A stretch of 64,000 nucleotides of DNA from Balanoglossus misakiensis. Taxonomy: Eukaryota; Animalia; Hemichordata. The notes beneath the pieces were generated by a model. That model made no database searches. It was not told the origin of the DNA and saw only the letters and a list, made by a program, of their open reading frames with translations. This document shows positions 38,231-64,000 of the stretch, in pieces. The stretch lies in NCBI GenBank assembly GCA_040954595.2, contig CM082577.2, positions 1,178,001-1,242,000 of the forward strand, written 5' to 3'. Made by a program: the position numbers and the translations under genes. Every line of letters starts with the position of its first letter. The first letter of the stretch is position 1.

Positions 38231-40479
38231 ACACGATAAAGGCAGGTTAATAAACAATGTGGCCACTCGATAAAGAGTAAAGCTGTTAGTAGATAGGTAT
38301 TAGATTAGATACATATTATCATACCATATAGGTATAGGTTAATATACAATGTACAATACGCCCACTCGATAAAGTATTTCTTAATAGGTATTTTCCGACG
38401 CTTTACTAATGGGCGAGCTATTAAATTATAACACACACTAGCCAGTCCTCTGTATGCACCTTGTTTGAATTGATACTTTAAACCTCAATGGGAACGGGAA
38501 CACACCTTTACATTGCGACTTGGCCATCAAAGCAGGAAAAAATGACATTGAAAGACCATAAAAGTGGCCGATTGTTTAAATGTGTGATTATAGCTATGTT
38601 TTTCACCCTTGGAGTCAAGTAGTCCTTCTTGAGCTGTAAAGGTCATTTGAAATCATGTCTTTATCTCCCAGTGGTTGGGGGATTGCAAGTTGATGTTGAA
38701 GAATGCAGTGCTGCCCCTGACCCGAACATGTCTCTACATGTCACGGCAGAGCAGCTCCGCACGATGCCTTATTCGCCTCCTGGGGGGTGGCTTTCAAAGT
38801 TTGAGGGCATCAAACTCCACTTGCAGACCAACCCAGGTTCTACATATACTATAAACCCACGACGGTACTTTTGCAGGAAAGCTTGCAGATAAGAATACTC
38901 ACTTATGTTCGTCTGTTCGTCACCGTTCACAAGCTTTTAAGTCTTCAGTGAGGTCAACTTGCAAGGTTATTTCAGGGTATTGAACTTAAAATTTGACCCT
39001 GGTATGCAATAGATTGGAAAGGCGCACGTTTCTTGTGACCTATGCCGATCTTTACAAATATTTGCCACCTTTTAAAGTGAAATTTTAAGACTGAATCTTT
39101 CCGGCCAAAATGTACCACCCAACCGGTTCTAACCCTGTTTGCTGAAATGCCGCTTTACGTCACTTCCTTTATGAAAGTTCTCGTATTAAAATACTGGTAT
39201 TCATAACAGCAGAAAGATATTGCTAAAATCACATCGGATACCAGATATTTTAAATTTACTTCTACATATAAATTTCTGGCCATCGATTTCCCCGGTATGC
39301 GCCAGCAGACACAATTTTTTTTTAGGTGCAATTCTGAATACCGCGTTTCAACAAATATTGTTACTTCACCGAGTTACATTCATGGCATTTTCAGGGGAAT
39401 TTTCAATACAATGTTCTGTTGAAACGGGGAGAAGCATTGCATGTTTCAACAGTGAACTACAACTGAAATTGTGGTCATTGATTTTCCTAGATAAATTTGG
39501 AGCGAGTCCCGGAAAGTCATTCGACCGAAACCAGAGTCCCCCTACATGTAGACCTACCACCGGCCCGCTCCCAGGGCTACCTCAAGGTGACGTCCTATTT
39601 TAATCAAGGGCGGGCCGTGCCTCAAACCACCGCTGGATATTAGCAATCTACAACTGTAGCCCAGTACACTGGGGAGATATCACGACAGGAATGCGCATGC
39701 GTCACTGAACACCTGTTAATGAATCAGCCACACCAGAGTGATAGAAAAACTGTGAGACCTCCATTGATTTAATTCAAAACAAGTAAAAAGTATACATTAC
39801 AAAAAGACTTGCAGAAATAGAGATCTAGAGAGATCAAGGCAAGAAAGACGACATAGGTAAGTTTTCGCACCTCAGAAAACACTTTCAATCAATTCCACAA
39901 TTTTCCTTTTTTTCAATGAATGATACGCGCTACTAGTCCCTCTCACCAAGAGTGGCTGTAGAAGTACTGATTCTGACAAATGCTAAAATTGTTGCCGTTT
40001 AACGGAGTGGCTTTGAAACAACTAGGAAAGATTTCATCCAAATATTTGCACTATTATTTTTTCCAAGTGTAAAATTGAAAAAAAAATGTTCTGATTGCAT
40101 TTATCAATTCTTGCACTATGTTATAAAGCCTTTAACCGACTTAATTTTTTTCGATGTGAAATGGTTTTGATTGCTGGACACCAATATGTTGCTTTTTATT
40201 CGAAATACGATTCGTACAGTGCAGCATACTGAAACAAGACTACCTCCATATTAAAAATGTACACCCCTTTTGAAAATTTTCACATCATGGTCAGACTACA
40301 TTCACAGTCAGTGAGCTGCACTGACGACAATCAAGCAACCAAACTGATGCTTAATATTAATATTTGGCAAGAGTTGATGGTGTTTTAGTTCCCTCAAACC
40401 ACCCCCAGCATCTACTGCAAGATAGTTTGATAGTTTTCTATGCTTTGTATGAGTCCCAAGGCAATATTCAATGTCCACC

Positions 40480-42929
<2,450 letters not shown>

Positions 42930-43570
42930 TCAAGGGCTGTAATAAAAGCGATACAATGTAGTACTGTGCGCCGATTAGCTTTTGTATTGATGTTGACTGC
43001 GCTCATTAATGGGTAAAACGTTAAAAACCCATTATTGAAATTTGCAAACGAGTATTAATGACACTGTAAATGGCCCGCGCCTCGCGACTTAATAACTGTA
43101 CTAGACTCTACATCCCAAATTTATTACAACTCAGAGTTGGCACGAATCCCATGAAATAAGTACATTTTTTCACTTCCTTGTCAACTGCGGACGGCAATCA
43201 GTGGTCAGTTTTCAATATTAAAAGTCGGGAAAATTGTCACAAAAAATTCAGAATATCGAAGTTTTGAGCAGAGTAATTTTCTTCATATTAAAAGAACTAT
43301 TCTAAAGGGCGCACAGGCGGTTGGTAGTACAACTTATTAAAAGGTGGGTGTGGTGCCTACAGATTTGCCAGCCAAGCACAATTCATGCATCTCTACACCA
43401 ACGACAGTCATTCACGTTTTTAAGCATCGCCAAGCGGATTGGTCAATCGGTAATGTGTAGTGCAGACTTAGATGCAATCATATCGAGCTCCGGATCGCCG
43501 ATGGATCCAGCTTCGCGCTGATCAGGGGTAACACAAAATCCAGAAACCCGGAGAAATTTTTTTTACTCAC

Positions 43571-44095
43571 CTTAGTGCGAGAGGAAAGATGTCACAATGC
43601 TGCATCCGAGTCAGTGCTGCGTGCTATTACCTTCGGAAAGCAGAATTTTAACCATATATGGGCTTTGAGACGAACTGGGCCGAGATGGACCATTTTTGGG
43701 ACAGGGGTGAGCAGGTTGTCCATCGGTGGGCTCGGCCGCCTGCATTGTCTGGCTGGTGTTGATAGCGACAGAGCGATGTGAACGACGAGGGAGAGCGACA
43801 ACCTGTTAACCGACTGGCGCGACGATGCCGAAATGGGACTTTCGTCCTACTGACGACTTAGCGTACCCTGCGAGTCAACCTAGAACCCCTGCTAAAGGTG
43901 AACTAGACAGAGTGTGTTTAACTATAAACAACAATAACAACAAGCCTAGGGTCACAGAAAACGCCCATGTGTGAACAAAAATACGGTCACGTGACTTGGC
44001 TGGTTTCTGACCTTGAGTCACACATAAGACCCAATCAAACATTTTTTTTCGCTGATAAACACAGGTTCTAGCCTTCCACAAATCGCCTTATTTGG
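43571..44095 (-). promoter_or_regulatory. Actin 1 non-coding exon 1 and promoter with three CArG (SRF) boxes
   Basis: Donor AG|GTGAGT at 43571/43570. CC(A/T)6GG at 43652-43661 (CCATATATGG), 43690-43699 (CCATTTTTGG) and 44086-44095 (CCTTATTTGG); one-mismatch CArG at 44808. Confidence 0.75.
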
Positions 44096-46989
44096 CAGTT
44101 TTAATTTATCACTGAGCTTTCTTGATTGAAGAGGCAAATATTCAAATACAGGTGTTTCATTAATACCGTCTGCACGCAGGACTTGGCAACCCGACTGATC
44201 AATGTAATGCGAACGGCTGATCTATTAGGTCTGCTGGATTTAAAATATGCACAATTTAAAAATATTAATTTTAGCATTCAAGTACAAGTGCCTGGTAGCT
44301 TTATCATAGCTCGATTTTTCGCTTGAAATCTATTCATATTTATTTGCTTTTTACGGTTAGACACGTCAGCAGTTGAGTTCCAGTTTAATATAAAGATCTC
44401 ATTTTTCTGTCCGTTTCACTACCATACATGGGCAACGGGTAGCCTAACGCTGATGACAGTAAATATATGCAGGGTATTTTAATAGAGCGCGTCGAGGTGC
44501 GACCTTTCCTACCGGTCTTTTGTTCTCGTCGCTTGTGTGAAAGAAAAACACCCAGATTGAGCTGCAAAAGCCTGCGCATGAACAGGAATCATCATCCCAT
44601 CATGCAATGCGATGGGGTGATACCAGTGCAGAGCCCGGCATTCGCAGCGTGGGGCCACGCCCAGTGGAATATTTTTGGAGTCACTGACACACAACAGCTA
44701 GTCATCACACTACGAGTTGGTACTTGGTGGATGTGCGCCGCGGATGGGGGGCTGCAAAGTGCGCCAGACCGGCGAAATCAATAAACAAGGGCCTGGCATA
44801 GCAGTTTCCTTATACGGTCAAAATTTCGACACCTGGTTTTATTTTTGGTTTAGCTTTGGTGTTTTGACACATGAACAGTTATTATTGATGTGTTGACCTA
44901 TTGTTGTTTGGTTCGACCGACATCACCTGCCTGAACTGCATTGGAGTGATCGTAGTACATGTATTCACATAGACACATTTTGTACTTAAACCAGTGGCAC
45001 CTAAGTTCGGGTCCGTTAACGTCACTCATTGAAAAACAATAACTAACTTTTATATTTTATTCCTCCCACGGAAAGCATTTTTATTGAGATTGGTTTTGAC
45101 ACTTGATATTGTACCATTCTCGTAATCTGATCTTGCGTCTACTCTTGGACTCCACTTCTTGTTGCTAAGGCAACTTCTTACTTTGGCTCCATACCGGATA
45201 TGTCCAAAGCGTATCGTATAACAAAATCCAATATCTCTTGTATTTGATTTGCATAGTCTCCTGTTTGTTTCGTGACACTCAGGCATCAAGCTCTACTTTG
45301 TTAACCCTTGTCTACCCATACAATTGTCTTATTCGGAATAAACAGCAAAAATTCGATAAAACTATCTTTCAGTCATACAGAGGTACAGATAAAATGCAGT
45401 GTGGGGTCAGGTCGAGGTGATTAAGAAAAAAATCCTCATCTCTGTATCTCTGATACATAAGTTTATATCAAGCCAAAAATTGTGATTAATAGCGCCCTCA
45501 CCACCTGTGAGTACGATTACTTTCATCTTTTACAATTTGACACAAAGTCTGAAGTCTGAAGGTCATATGAGCCTTGATCATATTCATGATTCGTCTCTTG
45601 CGGGCGCTCTCCATAGTCTGGTATGGGGCATCCTATGTTATAAAGTAGCCCTACTCAAACTCAGATATATACTTAGTTGTCAAGATCGTCATTTTGTTGT
45701 TTGTGTTGGAATGTATTTCTAATCACACACAGTGAACGACGGAAAGTCGGTTTACAGGCAAGTTTCGTGTACATGTGCAGGCTTAATCAAATACATGCAT
45801 GACGGAAACACTAACACTCCGACAGTGTTTACAGATGCGAGAGTGAAATTAGCATACTGAAGTGTGAGACACAAATTTGAATAAACGGTTCTCATCTGCA
45901 CAACGTTTTGAATTGGAGAATCCAAAATGACTACAAAGTAAACAATGTTTTTGAATGATAGTTGGAAATATTGAACGTCTCATTACAGTGCCAAATTTCT
46001 CTGTATCTACGCTAGTCTTGTTATGATAGGTGTCACACAGTCATTCATGCATGTCTGTGCCTTGCAGATTCCACAAGGAAACGAAAACAGATCGGACCAA
46101 TCAAATCAAACACAGCGGAGTTGTTCATGTAGGCTACTTAGTAGACCCACACACGCGCGAAAAATGACCTTGCGGCAGTTAGAATACAACATCAATGTTA
46201 CTGATATTGCAGAATTCTGACAAGAAGCTATAGCTAGACTGTCAGTAGTTGCTCTAGCGATTCCAGACTACAGTCTCTCAGGCCTTCTTTGTTTATAAAT
46301 TAGCGACGCAGACAATTTTAAACATGCGCACAGGTTTCTGCGGATGTCTAACGTTCGACATCCGCAGACACCTGTGTGCACAGAAGCACGGCATATTTCC
46401 GGGCAAGTGATCAGATTTAATTTGTAGGATATAAAATGGCCTGTGCTAGTAAGTAAATAAGGAATCGCGATACTATGACAGAACTTCATGACCTCTTCGC
46501 TGCGCGCGATCTCTGCCGTACAGAGATTATTTTCACGAGTGATGCGATGCATTCTGCGGCAGTACTTTCAAATGTGAGGCTGTGATAGTAAATGGCGCTC
46601 AACGACTGTCGCTCGTCACAGCAGGCAGGAGCAGGCGTAAACCTTTAGATCGTGTGGCAATCGCGCCTTTTGGAATTCTCGGTGTCTGTCGCTTTTATCA
46701 TAACTTTCTTCCATGCACCCCAGACCCGCAACCAGAACTGAGTTGTCGTCCATACATATTGACAGACGTGTCTGACATCTGCAGGTGTGGATTAAAATCG
46801 CACCGGAAAGAACATGTGGACAGCAGATGCGCCAGGGGAAAAAGTATTTGGATTTTGTTCTCGTTCTGGTGACAGTTGAATAGAAGAATGACACAATGTG
46901 TGGATATTAATTTTGCAGATAGGTTACGAGTTGGTTGATTTTGTTTAAAGATCTAGGACCCTTTCGGATTACTTTGCCAGACTACTGAA

Positions 46990-47370
46990 GGTAGTACGCG
47001 GCCCGGGAACAATTTTCAGAAATAAATATGGTCCTCCAAACAATTCTTAGTCTACATCAAATTGTGTGAGGGAGCTTAGTCTTTTTGAAATCAAAGAAGA
47101 AATAGAGTTAAGGCTTATCTACCTTGTGTGTACATTACTAGAGATGAAAATTGGGGGGGGGGGGTTAGCTGCCTCTAGTTTTTAATGGAGTGGTAACATA
47201 ATGTTGATGGCCATTTTGAATTTTACATCTGAGACAACGCGCTCTCTCATTCAAAATTTTGCACGGAGATCCCAAGTTTGTATTCCCAATTTAAAGAGAG
47301 AATAATCTAAATATGCCTTGAGCAAAATATGGGAAAATGGTAATAACTGATTTTCGAGGCGCACACTGCC
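46990..47370. mobile_element. Non-autonomous DNA-transposon remnant with TTAA-type target site (Kolobok-like)
   Basis: tgaa|GGTAGTACGCGGCCC at the left end and GAGGCGCACACTGCC|ttaa at the right end form imperfect TIRs; ~380 bp non-coding. Family assignment is inference. Confidence 0.4.
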
Positions 47371-47675
47371 TTAATGACAACCGGATCTTAATCATGACAG
47401 ACACACTAAAACGATCGACTGCTGCAGTTGTCACAGCTTACGTGAGTCTCGGCATGTGTGACATGGCGATTTTGCGCTTTGTCTACCAAGAGACCTAGAA
47501 CAAACTGATTGTAAGCTGAGATTTGAAATACATATGAATGGACTGACAGACATGTCGTATGATTACATGTACTTTGAAACTGGCCGCGCGACACTTATTC
47601 ACGCTTCATGCATCTGTAGATGCACGGGAAACCGTATGTGCTTATGGCCGATGGCATTTTGTCTCGAAACTCAAC

Positions 47676-47762
47676 ATCTATCTATCTATCTATTAAAATC
47701 TATGTATAGATCTATCCATAGATCTATCTATCTTTTGATCTGTTGATCTTTTGATCTGTTGA

Positions 47763-47846
<84 letters not shown>
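47676..47846. repeat. (TCTA)n-like tract followed by a (TG)~40 microsatellite
   Basis: Directly visible; (TG)n at ~47765-47845. Confidence 0.95.
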
Positions 47847-48442
47847 TATTTTACACGTGCACGATAAAATGATTAATCTAAATTATTTTAAAATAATTAT
47901 AGTGGGTACTTCAGGCTTTGCCTTTGTGAACTTTCATCGCCAAGAATGTAAACAACACACAGAAATTGCTATTATTACAAAAATACTCGACTGCAGAATC
48001 AGAAATTAACACCTATTGTTAAAAAGTATCTTCTGTCAAAGTACGTGTCCAACATTGCCGTAATAACATCTGGTGAATTCGATAAATAAAAGTTGTTTGG
48101 AGCGACGCTGGTACGTATATCACTCATACAGTTTTTGACAGTTTCTGTGAAGGACACGCCCACATCGCGCTTAATTATAATTTTCCCTAAATACTTACAA
48201 CAAGAAGTGCACGTGTCTGCATTCTATCAATAAAATATAGCATGTCAAATCAAATAATATTTCTATTGATATGGAAATTACCTTATGTTAATTCACCATG
48301 GAGACGGTGACGCAGGCAGCGAAAGACTTACCCACATTGTTTTATAACACAAGTTTTTCTCTGGTCGGAATCATTTTGACTGGTGGAGACTGGAGAGAAA
48401 TTGCAGGCGATTCTTTTGAAGAGCGGTCATTTTCAATTACCA

Positions 48443-62219
<13,777 letters not shown>

Positions 62220-63223
62220 GCTGTTTGATCAGAAGAACGAAACCTTCAGTGCGACGCTTAGACATTCCCGTTTTAGAACCGACCCGAAGCCGATTCAAAG
62301 ACGTTGAAGTTTGAATGGTTCTTCCTGTGACGAAAGTTGATTTAGAGAGCTTGCGATATAAATGCGACATTTCGAGTTGTGATGCTGTGTACGATTATTG
62401 CGTTCCCCTAAAGTTGCTTACTTTATTTCCTTCTTCTTTCCATTGTTCTGCCCCCCCGTTACATTTGAAACCTACCAAATGAACGTTTTTAGTGTGACTC
62501 AAATAAAGAACCTTCATAAAATCCTCGTTTAAGGACAATTCTTGCTTATTTGGAATTTATTTTGAGTGTGGATGGTCGTGTTCAACATTACATTGCGACT
62601 TCTATGGTACAGGTATGTAAGAGCGAATCTGTTCACAATTCCGGCATGTCGCTTAAACAAGTTATATGTTCGTATATTCGATAACTTTCAGGGTCGTAAT
62701 CTGAGGAAAATGCTGTCTCTCGTCGAATTTCTGGAATTTGCCAATGAATTTCCTCTTCTCAAGCAAACTCGCCACCAATATGTCGGGCATGGCAATCACA
62801 GCAGTCAGCCACCAAGTGATGTCCTTTGTTCATTCGTTCGTTTTTTGTTAGGGAGCTTTCAGTAATTACTGGGGGAGGGGGGGGGGGAATTGGGTACGAC
62901 CCACGGAACGTGTGACCATTCTATGTTGTGGCAATATTCATTTGCTTTCAAACCAAGTTTGCACAATTGACAGGAACGGCTGTTTCACAGTACAATGCTC
63001 AGTTCTGGATACTTAATGGCAAAAGATTCAACTCTTCTTAAAAGACTAGCCCTAAACTGATTGCTCTATCCCTGTTTAACTGAGATATCCACAAATGATA
63101 CCATGGAAACTGTCTTCAGTCATGTGACACCTTTATCTTCACTCTGGTTTTGCAAAAATTCATCTATCTTTGTTCTTTGTCAAGAAGCTGATCCTGAATT
63201 GGCTGGACAATTGCAAGTGTCAC

Positions 63224-63831
63224 TCAAGCTCTCGACTGTAATGGCATTTTCTGGACCAGTTCGTTGTAAGATTTTCCATCTTGATCTATTGCCTTTTTCT
63301 TCACAGCATCCAGAATCCTTATCTGTTGGTCAAAAATATATGTATGTGAAAGTAAGTGCATTCATACAATCCATGTTTTCTTATATCAGACACAGGAACC
63401 CCAGTCAACCAGACTACTACAACTAGTTACTTACCATCATTTTGGTATCTGCATAGCCATGCTTCTGGGCTAAATTCCACAAATTCTGAGCCAATGTCGA
63501 CATCTTTGGGTTGGACATATCTCCGTGTGCGATTATATGATTGAAGAAATCCATGGCCAAAGCAGACTGTCTCTTCAAACCCTTCAGGAAGAGAAAGTTT
63601 GGAAAAACAATCAATCCTGTTATGTTTATGAGGTTTGCGCTGGTATGGGAGGACATATTCTCATCAAGGGGGACACCCACGCAGCGCGACAACCCCTTCC
63701 CTTTATACTTACATCTCCCTGTGCCAGCTTCTTGTAATGTTCCAAAACCTCTTCTATCAGAGTTCCCGTAATCTTGTTAATTTCTGTCAGGAATTTATTG
63801 TCATTTCCATACAAATTGTCGTTAGAATCAA
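63224..63831 (-). CDS. VPS35L: VPS35 endosomal protein-sorting factor-like (C16orf62; Retriever subunit), last three coding exons: complement(join(63224..63322,63435..63581,63713..63831)); gene continues beyond the right edge
   Basis: Spliced translation is DSNDNLYGNDNKFLTEINKITGTLIEEVLEHYKKLAQGD|GLKRQSALAMDFFNHIIAHGDMSNPKMSTLAQNLWNLAQKHGYADTKMM|IRILDAVKKKAIDQDGKSYNELVQKMPLQSRA*. It matches my recollection of the vertebrate VPS35L C-terminus (VDSNDSLYGGD..ALKRQS..FFNSILAHGD..NLWHLAQRHGCADT..LPLQTRT). GT-AG junctions are in phase. Confidence 0.92.
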
Positions 63832-64000
63832 CTGTAATTTAAACAAATAATACAAGTGATTTACTTTCATGAAATATTAGCTTTGCTTATATTTCATTCA
63901 TTCATTCTCAATCCTTCCTTCCTTCATTCATTAAGCATCTGTTCTCTAACCATGGTATACAAGTTCTTCATATGTATCTAGTCTATATCAATGTTCACAT

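Overview
This is eukaryotic (animal) genomic DNA: AT-rich, with GT-AG introns and no prokaryotic features. Actin sequence and intron positions suggest an invertebrate deuterostome, probably a hemichordate or echinoderm (inference). Manual splicing gives six protein-coding genes. (1,2) Two + strand paralogous small secreted proteins (3123-4310; 33778-37336) share a stand-alone, expanded anaphylatoxin-like cysteine core (CCxIGR-x8-CN...FHG...LM...KC...FxKCCxY). (3,4) Two intact 376-aa actin genes on the - strand (40480-42905; 57822-60128) have near-identical exons but unalignable introns. (5) A six-exon + strand gene (48443-62219) encodes a secreted FN3-like + VWD(GDPH) protein; its intron 2 holds a 7-kb satellite array and its intron 4 holds the entire second actin gene on the opposite strand. 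(6) The last three exons of VPS35L (C16orf62) lie on the - strand at the right edge. About 19 kb is an 87/88-bp satellite in two arrays (~13025-25216 and ~48892-56035). The arrays show layered variants, higher-order repeats, a terminal fold-back and a Helentron/HINE-like end, and their long ORFs are artefacts. The window also has MITE/SINE remnants, microsatellites and a possible decayed FN3-type pseudogene. All gene models are read by eye, without transcript or database support.
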